A stretch of 64,000 bases of DNA from an uncultured Nitrospinota bacterium (GTDB lineage Bacteria > Tectomicrobia > Entotheonellia > J063 > CAVPRW01), in assembly GCA_963707985.1 (NCBI GenBank), contig CAVPRW010000002.1:1-64000 (forward strand). The letters run 5' to 3'. The notes under the pieces are model-generated. The model had not been told where the DNA came from and did not search any database. It worked only from the letters and a program-made list of their open reading frames with translations. Below are positions 42,401-52,008 of the stretch, in pieces. The position numbers and the translations under genes were made by a program. The stretch's first letter is position 1, and each line of letters begins with the position of its first letter.

Positions 42401-42876
42401 AGGCCTTGCCGCTGCTGGAGCAGGCGGAGCAGAGAGGTGCCGCGATGGGGACCATGGGCGGTCAGTCACTGCGGGTGGGCTATGTGAGCGAGGCCTATCT
42501 GCTGGCCGGCCGCATGCAGGAGGCGGTGCAACTCGCTGGGCGTGCCCTCGACCTCGCCCGTGCCCATAAGGAGCGGGGACACGAGGCGTGGGCCCTGCGG
42601 CTCCTCGGCGAGATCGCCGCCCATCAGGACCCCCCGGAGATCGAGCCGGCCGCACATCACTACCGGCAGGCCCTCGCCCTGGCCGAGGAACTCGGCATGC
42701 GTCCGCTCGTGGCCCACTGCCACCTCGGCCTCGGCACGCTGTATACCAAGACTGGCCAGCGGGAGCAGGCCCGCGCTGAGCTGTCCGCCGCCATCGAGAT
42801 GTATCGCGCCATGGAGATGACGTTCTGGCTATCCCAGGCGGAGGCCATGCTGGCAGAGGCCATAGAACAAAGGTAA
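39428..42876 (+). CDS. Class III nucleotide cyclase-AAA ATPase (STAND-like)-TPR protein with about 4 frameshifts
   Basis: N-terminal MTFEEILDQA..QRRGRLTY; cyclase VTVLFADLKGS, GDGIMALFGAP; Walker A GEPGVGKT; LHWID, EGNPFFLEE, YTFKHALT; TPR tail YRAMEMTFWL. Spread over ORFs 39308, 39679, 40034, 42042 and 42229. Confidence 0.9.
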
Positions 42877-43016
42877 GGTCCCAGTCTTGCTCCCGTTTGT
42901 AGCCAGACCCAAGTTGTTTTGTTCATTCCTCCTGGTGCGGTGACAAGAGTAGGTACAGTCTGTGAGATGCACTGTGGGACGCACGATGGCTCTCGATTGA
43001 GAGTAGAGGCGCATTC

Positions 43017-43406
43017 ATGAGCGAAGATTCTTGGCCAGCAGGAGGCATACAACTGGTCGCTGGCGTGCAACCACCTGGGTTCACCCCAGTGACCGAGGAG
43101 ATCTTAGCGGAGATTGTCCGCCGCATCGTCACCGCACTGCATCCTGAGCGGGTCATCCTCTTCGGGTCGTACGCCTACGGCACACCGTCAGACCACAGCG
43201 ATGTCGACTTACTGGTCATCCTGGAAACGGATGCCCGACCCGCAGACCGCTACCTGGCGGTGTCACGCCTGATCCGCCCGCGGCCATTTCCGTTGGACAT
43301 TGTGGTCAAGACACCGGACGAAATCACCCAGGCCCTGGTGAAGGGTGACAGCTTCATCCGTGAGATTGTCACCCAGGGGCGAGTGCTGTATGCACGCTCC
43401 GACTGA
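43017..43406 (+). CDS. Minimal nucleotidyltransferase (MNT) antitoxin
   Basis: ILFGSYAYG...SDVDLLVI, DIVVKTP.E, GRVLYA. Confidence 0.9.
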   Translation: MSEDSWPAGGIQLVAGVQPPGFTPVTEEILAEIVRRIVTALHPERVILFGSYAYGTPSDHSDVDLLVILETDARPADRYLAVSRLIRPRPFPLDIVVKTPDEITQALVKGDSFIREIVTQGRVLYARSD

Positions 43407-43773
43407 ACCTCTGGCCTGGGTGGCACGAGCGGAAGAAGACTTGGCGTTAGCACGATCGGCGCTGCGGCGTAAGACACCTTTGACGTACGGGGCAACCTTC
43501 CATGCCCAGCAGTGTGCTGAAAAATACCTTAAGGCGCTGCTCTTGGCCCGACATCAGGTATTTCCCAGAACTCATGACTTGGCGGCATTGAGCGACTTGT
43601 GCCTGCAAAATGAGATTATCGTTCCGGTGGATCGAGATGCACTCGAGCGCTTGACAGCCTATGCTGTTCAGGTGCGTTACCCGGGTGAAGATCCCACGCC
43701 CGATGAGGCACAAGAAGCACTGCAAATAGCCCAGGCTGTGCGCCGATTTGCCAGAAGGTTGCTGAACCCTTGA
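43390..43773 (+). CDS. HEPN-domain protein (MNT-HEPN toxin-antitoxin partner)
   Basis: W..RAEEDL..A, FHAQQCAEKYLKALL, RTHDL, VRYP; overlaps the MNT stop. Confidence 0.9.
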   Translation: MHAPTEPLAWVARAEEDLALARSALRRKTPLTYGATFHAQQCAEKYLKALLLARHQVFPRTHDLAALSDLCLQNEIIVPVDRDALERLTAYAVQVRYPGEDPTPDEAQEALQIAQAVRRFARRLLNP

Positions 43774-43842
43774 ACTGTATCGTGCCATGGAGATGACTTT
43801 TGGCTACCCCGAGCGGAGGCCGCGCTGGCGCAGGCGGAGTAG
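43772..43842 (+). repeat. Second, diverged copy of a cyclase-TPR gene 3' end
   Basis: Encodes ELYRAMEMT(F)WLPRAEAALAQAE* with one missing T, versus EMYRAMEMTFWLSQAEAMLAEA at about 42796-42866. Confidence 0.85.
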
Positions 43843-44002
43843 AGCAGAAGATGGTGTGGGAAGACGGTGTTGAGTGCATCAGGGATTCCTCCATTCGATG
43901 AGCTAAATCGGAACACATAACATTGGTGCACCTGCGTTTGCAGTCAGTGGCAAAATCCCCCCTGCCCTCCTTTGTCAAAGCTCTCTGGGGTAGGTTTTTC
44001 AT

Positions 44003-44095
44003 CCCCTCTCCCTCTGGGAGAGGGTTAGGGTGAGGGAAGGATGGTGGCATCGCAGAAGACCCCCCTCACCCCCGCCCTCTCCCGGTGGGAGAGGG
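44003..44095. repeat. Inverted pair of REP-like palindromic elements
   Basis: CCCCTCTCCCTCTGGGAGAGGGTTAGGGTGAGGG and the inverted copy CCCTCACCCCCGCCCTCTCCCGGTGGGAGAGGG. Confidence 0.75.
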
Positions 44096-44338
44096 AAAAA
44101 GGTACCAGGGTCAGTGTCGTGTCCGAAAAAACCTACCCTTATGAGCCAGAGGGAGGGGGAAAAACAGGAGGGCATCATGGACAACGACATCAGGGTCCCG
44201 GGTCTGGGGCGCATCGTGTCCAAGCGTGCCCCCCTCAATTGCATCGCCTACGCACTCCAATATGGCGCAAGCCCAGTCTGGAACGCACGCCAGGGATTTT
44301 TGCTTTGGGTCGATCTTTTGTCATGAAGAGGAGTACCC

Positions 44339-46003
44339 ATGGAGACACCGCAGCGAGATCTCGGAGAGACACGTGGTGTGAGCCGTCGTCAGCTGCTGAA
44401 AGCCGGCTTGGCAGCCGGTGTAGCGCTATCTGCCTGGCCCCTCATCGATCCACCTACGCCATGGAGTGAAGAAGCAGGACCGCCCAAACGCGGCGGCATC
44501 CTGCGCGTGCGCGGGCGAGACCCGGTCCACTTCGATCCGCACCTGTCGATCAATGTCAGGACACAGAGCACGCTCAGTTTCGTATACAGCAAGCTGGTGC
44601 GGCATAAAGTCGGCGCGGACGTGCAGCCAGGCACCTTCATCGTGGAGCCCGATCTGGCGGAGCGATGGGAGGAAGTGGACGACACGACCTATGTCTTCCA
44701 TCTGCGCAAAGGAGTCAAATGGCACAACAAACCGCCTGTCAACGGCCGCGAATTGGTAGCCGAGGACGTCAAATTCAGCTATGACCGCTTCCTAACGGAA
44801 AAGGGGAATGCCGACCGTTACATCTTGGAGCTCGTCGACAGGGTCGAGGTGGTAGACCGCTATACGGTGAAGTTCCTCCTCAAAGAGCCCTATGTCTGGC
44901 TGATCAACGTACTGGCCAACCCGCGGAGCATGTGGATCTTGGCCCCCGAGGTCCTGGAGAAATACGGTGACTTCAAGAAGGTCGAGACCGCCATCGGCAC
45001 TGGCCCATTCACCCTGGAGCGCTACGAGCCGAACGTCAAGACGATCTTCAAGCGCAACCCGGAGTATTTCCTCAAGGACCTACCCTGGGTAGACGGGGTG
45101 GAGTGGCTGGTCCTCGACGATCCCTCGACAGGACTGGCGATGTATCGCACGGGGCAAATCGACGCAGGCCCAGAGTCCAACTGGAACGTGCGCCAACAGG
45201 ACCTGGACTCGCTCAAGAAGAGTCATCCGCACCTGCACTACCGGGATTGGCTGTCACTCGTGACCCATGCGATCTACCTGCGGACCGATCAGCCTCCCTT
45301 CAACGACGTGCGCGTCCGGCGGGCCATCTCTCATGCGCTCGATCGCCAGGCGATCGTCGAGGCGGTATATGTCAGAGGCGAGCCGACCTCAGCCATAGGC
45401 CGCGGCTCAGCCGAGTGGTCGCTGCCCGTCGATCAACTCGGTGAGGGGGCGAAATACTATCGGTACGATCCCAAGGAGGCCAAGCGTTTGCTGGCGGAAG
45501 CGGGTTTTCCAAAAGGCTTTAAGACACAACTCAATTCCACTGGTGGGTACGGCCCTGATTTGCCGGATGCCGTGCAATTGGCGCAGCGGTATCTCAAGGA
45601 TGTCGGCATCGAGGCAGAAATGAAGCTCCAGGAATATGGTGCCTACATGGCGACGACGTTCGTGGGCAAGTTCGAGGGTATGGCCATGGGGCCCATCAGC
45701 ATCGCCTGGGAACCGGATAGTGTGCTGTACGGCTTGTATGGGCCTGACCAACCGCGCAACAGCGGCCACGTCAATGACCCCAAGATCACGGCGTTGCTGA
45801 AAGAGCAGCGCCGGACGAAGGACGTAAAGGCGCGCAAGGAGCTCATTTTCGACATCCAGCGGTATGCGTCGGAACAGCAGTACTATGTGTACACCAACTC
45901 CAACATGCTCACCGGTTCCTGGCAGCCGTATGTGAAGAACTTTGCCCCAAATATGACCTATGACTTCGGCAATCGCGCCGCGGCATTGTGGCTGGATCGG
46001 TAA
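44339..46003 (+). CDS. Tat-exported ABC substrate-binding protein, family 5 (group A)
   Basis: SRRQLL Tat motif; same motifs as the 33940 and 35741 paralogs. Confidence 0.93.
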   Translation: METPQRDLGETRGVSRRQLLKAGLAAGVALSAWPLIDPPTPWSEEAGPPKRGGILRVRGRDPVHFDPHLSINVRTQSTLSFVYSKLVRHKVGADVQPGTFIVEPDLAERWEEVDDTTYVFHLRKGVKWHNKPPVNGRELVAEDVKFSYDRFLTEKGNADRYILELVDRVEVVDRYTVKFLLKEPYVWLINVLANPRSMWILAPEVLEKYGDFKKVETAIGTGPFTLERYEPNVKTIFKRNPEYFLKDLPWVDGVEWLVLDDPSTGLAMYRTGQIDAGPESNWNVRQQDLDSLKKSHPHLHYRDWLSLVTHAIYLRTDQPPFNDVRVRRAISHALDRQAIVEAVYVRGEPTSAIGRGSAEWSLPVDQLGEGAKYYRYDPKEAKRLLAEAGFPKGFKTQLNSTGGYGPDLPDAVQLAQRYLKDVGIEAEMKLQEYGAYMATTFVGKFEGMAMGPISIAWEPDSVLYGLYGPDQPRNSGHVNDPKITALLKEQRRTKDVKARKELIFDIQRYASEQQYYVYTNSNMLTGSWQPYVKNFAPNMTYDFGNRAAALWLDR

Positions 46004-46050
46004 CGCAGGGACGGGATAGGTGTTGTTGTCCTTTTTGAGGAGGGTATACC

Positions 46051-47620
46051 ATGGAACGGCACATGAGATGGTCAATGCTCATCGGTCTGCTGGTTGCCCT
46101 GGCTTTCGGCGGATTTGTCACCGCCCAGGAGCCCAGACTTGGCGGCACGCTGCGGGTGGCGTGGGAAGCGGATGTCACCGGGCTCGATCCGCATCTCTCC
46201 ACTTGATCCTCATCTCTCCAATGGTATCCAGGCCTGGCACGTGGTAGGCAATCTCTTCAGTAGCCTGCTCACCATCGACGCCCAACTCAACTATATCCCC
46301 GACCTGGCCGAGTCCTGGGACGTCCTGGAGGATGGTAAAGTTTACGTGTTCCACCTGCGCAAGGGGGTGAAGTTCCACGATGGCACTGACTTCGATGCCG
46401 AGGTGGTGCGCTGGAACTATCAGCGCATCATAGATCCTGAGGAAAAGGCCCTCGACGCCCCCCTTTATAGCGTCGTCGAGGCGGTGGAAGCCCTCGATGC
46501 CCACACGGTGCAATTCACCCTCAAACATCCCAGCATGACCCTGCTGCCGACGATAGCGGCCAACCGTACGGGGTTTTTGCAGATGTCCCCAGCTTCCTAC
46601 AAGCAGTGGGGCAAGGAAGAGGTGCGCATGCATCCGGTGGGCACAGGGCCCGTACAAGCTCGCCCGCTGGGACCAGAACCAGATCATCGTGCTCGAGAAA
46701 AACCCCCACTACTTCAAGCCGGATCTCCCCTATCTGGATCGCATCGAGCTACGCATCATGAAGGAGGGAGTGACGCGGGTGACGGCGTTGCGGGCGGGGG
46801 AGGTGGATTTCGCTAACGCAGTGCCCCGCGAGCAGGTGGAGCGTCTCGCCAAAGACACGCACATCCAGATGCTCCGGGGCCGGGAGACCCAACGCATCAC
46901 GCTGTCCTTCAACCAGAAGAAACCACCCTTCAAGGACGTGCGCGTACGACAGGCGGTACTCGGCTATGGGATCGACCGCTACACCATTGCCAAGACGGCG
47001 CTCCTGGGGCAGGCACAGCCCCTGTGGAGCGTAGTACCCCAGGGGGCGAGGGACCATATCGACTTTGCGAGAGCAATTCCCTTACAATCCCGACAAGGCG
47101 AGGGCGCTGCTGAAGGAGGCGGGATATGACGAGAAGACGCCCTCTGCGCTACACCATCATGACCCATGGTGCGGAGGCGGCACTGCCCACCATCGCCACC
47201 ATCATCAAGACGCAGGTCGCCAAGATCGGGGTGGAGGTAACGGTGGAGGTCATCGACCGCCCGATCTTCCTGCGGCGCTTGACGACGGACCGGGACTGGG
47301 ATCAATCGGTCAATCTGGCCGCGGCCGCGTGGGATCCCTATACGATTTCCCGTGTGATGGATAGCCGGGAGGGAACCAATGTCTTCAACCACGCCGATAC
47401 GCACGTGGACGCCTTGATCGACCGTATGAGGGAGGCGCCGACGGAAGAGACGTTCCGCCAGGCCGGGCACGATTTTCAACAGTATGTAGCAGAGAACATG
47501 ATCGTGACAAGCGCTGCTTCAGTCCCCTTCTTACAGGCAGCGCGCACATATGTGAAGGGCTATGAGCTTTTGCATGGCTACAAGATTCGCTTCGAGACGA
47601 CATGGCTTGAGAAGCCCTGA
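46051..47620 (+). pseudogene. Sec-signal ABC substrate-binding protein, family 5 (group B), disrupted by a 19-nt duplication and further frameshifts
   Basis: MERHMRWSMLIGLLVALAFGG..GGTLRVAWEADVTGLDPH; colinear with the intact paralog 56122..57669; breaks near 46200, 46655, 47070 and 47140. Confidence 0.85.
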
Positions 47621-47625
47621 GCCTC

Positions 47626-47653
47626 TGGCGGGGGTTTGCAGACACCCCCGCCA
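47626..47653. terminator. Hairpin between convergent genes
   Basis: TGGCGGGGGT-N8-ACCCCCGCCA. Confidence 0.6.
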
Positions 47654-47667
47654 TCCGTCCACTGACG

Positions 47668-47913
47668 CTAGGAGGAAGCGCCAGGACAGGCCAGGTCTGC
47701 AACCTTGGTCAGGAAGCGGACCGTGGTGGAGATCTTGCTCCCATAGACCGGGATGAGCTCGATCAACCACAGAGACTTGTCGACCAATGGTCTCACAGCG
47801 CGGTATTGCTCGCAGACCTGGGCTAAGTTGGGTATGGCCCGAACGTCTTCTTGCTCTCGCAGCACACTCTCGATCTGATTGAGAGCCTCTAGGCCTTCTT
47901 GCTCTGTTGCCAT
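47668..47913 (-). CDS. 81-aa helical hypothetical protein in an operon with the lipase-CHAT gene
   Basis: RBS AGAAAGGAG; ATG 22 nt after the CHAT-gene stop; MATEQEGLEALNQIESVLREQEDVRAIPNLAQVCEQYRAVRPLVDKSLWLIELIPVYGSKISTTVRFLTKVADLACPGASS. Confidence 0.8.
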   Translation of the reverse strand: MATEQEGLEALNQIESVLREQEDVRAIPNLAQVCEQYRAVRPLVDKSLWLIELIPVYGSKISTTVRFLTKVADLACPGASS

Positions 47914-47935
47914 GTGTATCTCTCCTTTCTGTGCA

Positions 47936-50900
47936 CTAGCGAAATAAACGAAAGTAGGGATTGCCGTAATGCTGGTACGCACCCCAAGTGCGTACCCCGT
48001 AAGGCAGCTCGTAGATCGCCTTTCTCGCCTTGCGCATGGCCACATGCATGGGTTCCACCTCCAGGCCTTCCAAGCCGAGCAGACCGGTGTAGAGGCACTT
48101 TGCGAAATCACGAGCGGCTAGGTCATTGACTGGCCAGGCGGTGCAGACAAAATTCTGCACGCCACGGGCAAAGAATGATTCTGCAAAGCTGGGCGCTAGC
48201 TCGGGCGAGCGCTGCTCGGAACGATCAGGTGTAATCCCCGACTCACAGGCGTTGGAAAAGATGAACTTGGGAATACGGTCGACCCGGCTCAATTCATTGG
48301 CACTGATACGCTTACCACCGGTGAAGATCCAGCCCGAGGCTGAAGGCTTCTGTTTATCATACATACAATGGCCAGCATAGTGCAGCACGTCAAAGGGTTT
48401 GAGGATCAACTCCTGCATCACGCGGGTGCGGGTGGCCTGGCTCGGCCCCAGCAGGGCCACGATTTCCACCCCACTGACCTTCATGTCCGGCTCATGTGCC
48501 ACGAGCTGCTTAAACTTCTCAAACAGGTCGCGTACGAGGATGGCCTCCTCCTGCGCACCGGGTAGGGGATTGTCGGCCGCTGGGTCGCCGACAATCAGCA
48601 CCCGCAGGACGCGGTTCGGTGGCGGGGGTGGTTCGGGAGGTGGGGAAAAAATCGTCCGTAACTGGCGGGTGAACCCACGATGGAGGCCCAGAAACGTACG
48701 ATCTTCCTGTTTCCCAGTGCCGGCCGTGGCCCTGAGATCAGGTTGGGCGACCATTTCCCAATGGACACGAGCCACCGTGGCATCGCAGGTAAGCACCAGT
48801 GGGGCATCCGACGACAGGAGCTGCTGGAGGTCAGCCGGGAAGAGCAACTTCTCCAGAAACTCTCCTAACTCCCCCTGTCTGCCTTTCTCCCGCTGAGCCG
48901 ACAGCTCCGCATTTGCCTCATTGACCAGATCGGGGTCAAGAGGGATGTCACGCTGCGGCGCAGAGGCCGTCTCAGTAATCGCACCGAAACGGTACACATC
49001 ACCATCCAGCTCGACTGTGAGTCGAGTGGGGATGTCGCTGGTCAACTTGCTTTCCGGTTGTTCATCTTCCGCTGCACGCCGCTTTCTGTCCTCCTCTGTT
49101 GCCTCTACCTTAAGCTGGTCGATCTCCTCAAGCGTGAGCCGAACGAGCTCGACCTCTGGGGACTTGGGTGGGGCGGACTCGGCCGCCGTTTCGGACTGAG
49201 CAGGAAATGCTGCGTCTAACGCCCTCCATATCCTCAACAGTTTTGCCGGCTGCTGTTCTACGAAGGTGATCACTTCCAGATGGCGCCGAGCATCCTCCGC
49301 GGAGCTACCAATCGCCCGTTTAGCTCCCTCCAACCAAGCGCCAACCGCATCCGGGACCGATAGATTGCCGTTCCCCGATCCAATCAAGACCGTTGCCAAG
49401 TGGCGTTTGCCCAATCGCCCCAACGACCAGCAGAGCTCACGCGCCAGCACCGTCAGCTCGGGGGTACCGAATCGTCCCGCATAGCCCATTCCGGCGATGG
49501 CGATGAGCCGGTCTCGCCCTGATTGGTCATCGTCGTCCCGGGTGCGCGGATCGTCGAGGAAAAATGGCTGTCCCAATTCTCCACGAATAATGCCACGTTC
49601 CGTGAACTGCGTCAGCAACAGTTCGGACTCCCCAAGTGGCAGGTTGGAGGCATCAACTGTGCCCTGCAGCCTGGAGCTAATGGCCTGGTCCAGAGCCTTC
49701 TCGGCCGCAACTGGCTTGACGCCGATGTAATGTCCGACGGCCAGGGCATCGACGGGAATCTCACCGTCAGTGCCCGGTTGTCCGACATCCTGAATGTTTG
49801 CTTTGAGTAGCCGCACTCTGATCTTGGGTATCGGCGCTGCAACATCGGTTTGGACCGGAGGCGGTGTTGCACCCACAGATGGCCCGCCTGGCTCCTTTGG
49901 AGCGCTGATGAAACCGCGGGTAAGAATGTCCTCGGACTCACGCTCACGCTCGTTCACGAGGAGGGGCTCCTCGACTGTGTTTCCTCGAGCCATGTCCTCA
50001 GCTCTGAGGGGTAGCATCAATTCCATCAGGCGTGCTTCCTCCACTGCCTGCTTGGCCAAGAGCTCGGCGCGGGCGGCCTGTTTCGTGGCATCATCTTCCT
50101 CACCCCGCAGCGCAGAGGGGATCTCTAGGACCAACCGCTTTGTGGTACCGGTACGCAGGAGGTCATCAATGGCAGCGATCACGGTGCGGTTCCCTGGGAG
50201 AGCACCGTGCTCCTCTTCGATATAGAAGGTGGGAACCGGCCTGCCATTGTCGGCCTGCAACAGGCCAAGCGTATGAGGTACCGTGCCATCCCCTCTCTTG
50301 GTAACTTCGTAGCCATCAGTAGAACGTAGCTTCCCCCAATCCCGAACACCGCTGTAAGTGGCCTGATTGTAGCCCGCGATGTAGAGCATGCGGTCCGCAT
50401 CGATCACCGTGGACAAACCATTGTGAAACTCGCCCGCCAGATCGAGCCGACTTTGCAAGGGGGCAAGCGGGGCGTACGTGGATGCCTGATACAGTTTCTG
50501 CATATCCTGCATTCCCGGCACGCGTGGCGAGGGCAGCATTTGGTAACTGCCGACAAATGTCTTGACGATATTGAGCAGGTCCTGGACGGTGTGGCGCAGG
50601 TCGATCAGCGCCAACTTGTTCAGCGTGTCATTGAGGCCTAGAAGAAGCTGAGGGATGGTAAAAGAACCGTAATTAGGGGTCCCAAGCATCACGAGGCGAC
50701 CTCCTCGCCTGCCGTTGGTTTGGGAGTCCCACATGGACTTCCAGCGCTCTGGGTATTTCTTGATGAAGGCACGGGCGACCAAGCCACCCATCGAGTGGGC
50801 CACCAGGTGGGCCGGCCCGTTGTCACCAAACCATACTCGGAGACTCTGCGCCAATTCATCCGCGGTGCTATTGATATCGAGCCGCCAGTCATACCAGAAG

Positions 50901-51322
50901 GCATGGGCATCCCAGCTCTGCATCAGCGACAATAACAACTCCCCATAATAGCGTTTAAGGATTCCAGTAGCTTCGATAGGCGAAATGCTGTTGCCCCTAT
51001 CATCTATTTTAAGGCGTTCAAACTGGCCCAACACAAGTCGGAAAAACTTCAACCAGATATGATCCGGCTGCGCATTACTCTCATGATAGGTGAGCTCTCC
51101 GCCCATGATACCGTGTAGCACCACAACGTTGCCTTCGGTGGGCCGATCAGAGCGGGTGAGACTGCTCTGCAGGACCAGTTCGCGCATACGTTCGAAGGGA
51201 GCATCTCCTAAATACGTGCGCAACACACGCTCTTCTTCAGGGCTCGGCCGCACCATCATCGCGGCCAATCCCTTTGGATCCGCGGCCTCGACTCGATTAA
51301 TAAATTCTCGTTCGTTGATCAT
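47936..51322 (-). CDS. Alpha/beta-hydrolase (lipase/acyltransferase) fused to a middle domain and a C-terminal CHAT (caspase-like) protease
   Basis: Lipase: LHGIMGGEL, YDWR, AHSMGG (Ser), GTPNYGS, GDGTVP (Asp), EEHGALP (His). CHAT: VHWE, VLIVGDP..LPGAQEEA, VLHYAGH (His), FSNACESG (Cys), TAWPVND.AA, WGAYQHYGNP. Confidence 0.9.
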   Translation of the reverse strand: MINEREFINRVEAADPKGLAAMMVRPSPEEERVLRTYLGDAPFERMRELVLQSSLTRSDRPTEGNVVVLHGIMGGELTYHESNAQPDHIWLKFFRLVLGQFERLKIDDRGNSISPIEATGILKRYYGELLLSLMQSWDAHAFWYDWRLDINSTADELAQSLRVWFGDNGPAHLVAHSMGGLVARAFIKKYPERWKSMWDSQTNGRRGGRLVMLGTPNYGSFTIPQLLLGLNDTLNKLALIDLRHTVQDLLNIVKTFVGSYQMLPSPRVPGMQDMQKLYQASTYAPLAPLQSRLDLAGEFHNGLSTVIDADRMLYIAGYNQATYSGVRDWGKLRSTDGYEVTKRGDGTVPHTLGLLQADNGRPVPTFYIEEEHGALPGNRTVIAAIDDLLRTGTTKRLVLEIPSALRGEEDDATKQAARAELLAKQAVEEARLMELMLPLRAEDMARGNTVEEPLLVNERERESEDILTRGFISAPKEPGGPSVGATPPPVQTDVAAPIPKIRVRLLKANIQDVGQPGTDGEIPVDALAVGHYIGVKPVAAEKALDQAISSRLQGTVDASNLPLGESELLLTQFTERGIIRGELGQPFFLDDPRTRDDDDQSGRDRLIAIAGMGYAGRFGTPELTVLARELCWSLGRLGKRHLATVLIGSGNGNLSVPDAVGAWLEGAKRAIGSSAEDARRHLEVITFVEQQPAKLLRIWRALDAAFPAQSETAAESAPPKSPEVELVRLTLEEIDQLKVEATEEDRKRRAAEDEQPESKLTSDIPTRLTVELDGDVYRFGAITETASAPQRDIPLDPDLVNEANAELSAQREKGRQGELGEFLEKLLFPADLQQLLSSDAPLVLTCDATVARVHWEMVAQPDLRATAGTGKQEDRTFLGLHRGFTRQLRTIFSPPPEPPPPPNRVLRVLIVGDPAADNPLPGAQEEAILVRDLFEKFKQLVAHEPDMKVSGVEIVALLGPSQATRTRVMQELILKPFDVLHYAGHCMYDKQKPSASGWIFTGGKRISANELSRVDRIPKFIFSNACESGITPDRSEQRSPELAPSFAESFFARGVQNFVCTAWPVNDLAARDFAKCLYTGLLGLEGLEVEPMHVAMRKARKAIYELPYGVRTWGAYQHYGNPYFRLFR

Positions 51323-51738
51323 AGCTACTCCATACTTTTCCCGGGAAGTGCTCCCGACTGCGGGATACATTTAACTGGGGGAATTTGGTTCCTTTCTGTA
51401 TCCTAGATCAGCGTTAAATTCAAGCCGAAAAAGAGCATGCTCGTTGTCTGGCCGCTACCACCCGAGCGACGCGCGATCGCTGTCCCGCTGCAGCACTGAG
51501 AGCCAGGAGAAAAACCGCCGCCTCTCAGTGCTGAGGGGGAACACTCGACCACACTCAATCGCCATGGACGTGCGATGCACACGCCGGGTGGCGGGGAACT
51601 TGGCGCGGTCGTGACGTCATCCAAACACCGGCTCACAGCCTTGCGTTGGCATCGGCGATTAGCGCCGTCATACGAGCAAAAAATCCATTCGGCGTGCCCC
51701 CTCTATCCGTTCTCTTGCCTTTGCGTGGACTACCCTGA

Positions 51739-52008
51739 CTATCGTGAGCTTAGCGGGGTGTCAGATTTGCTTACAGGCGCGAGGTAGTTTTGCACGGTGT
51801 ATTCTCCGATTTTGCGTCCCATCGCCGCAGCGATTTCACCAGAAGTACGGTAATGCACGCCATCGTAGACTCGAGCATCGATTGACTCGCTGACGTAGTC
51901 CGAGAGCCTGCCGAATCTGCGCGTTACTCCCGGCGTCGTGGAGCTTGTCAGGCTGCAAGGAGATGACGCATCGCCAAAAAAGGCTTCGAGTACCGCAGCT
52001 CCGGCAGC
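51739..52008 (-). pseudogene. C-terminal remnant of a vanadium-dependent haloperoxidase/PAP2-family gene
   Basis: AAVLEAFFG...TRRFGRLSDYVSESIDARVYDGVHYRTS...G..IG (R-x3-G-x-H motif); 5' part absent. Confidence 0.75.

Noticed and set aside
39428..42876. Multiple frameshifts as possible programmed frameshifting or phase variation (also in the ABC gene and amidohydrolase)
   Set aside because: Scattered single-base indels without slippery or SSR motifs; more simply long-read consensus errors or decay. Reads are needed to decide.
43950..44100. Palindromic repeats as a CRISPR array
   Set aside because: Only an inverted pair plus a partial element, no regular spacers and no cas genes; REP-like.
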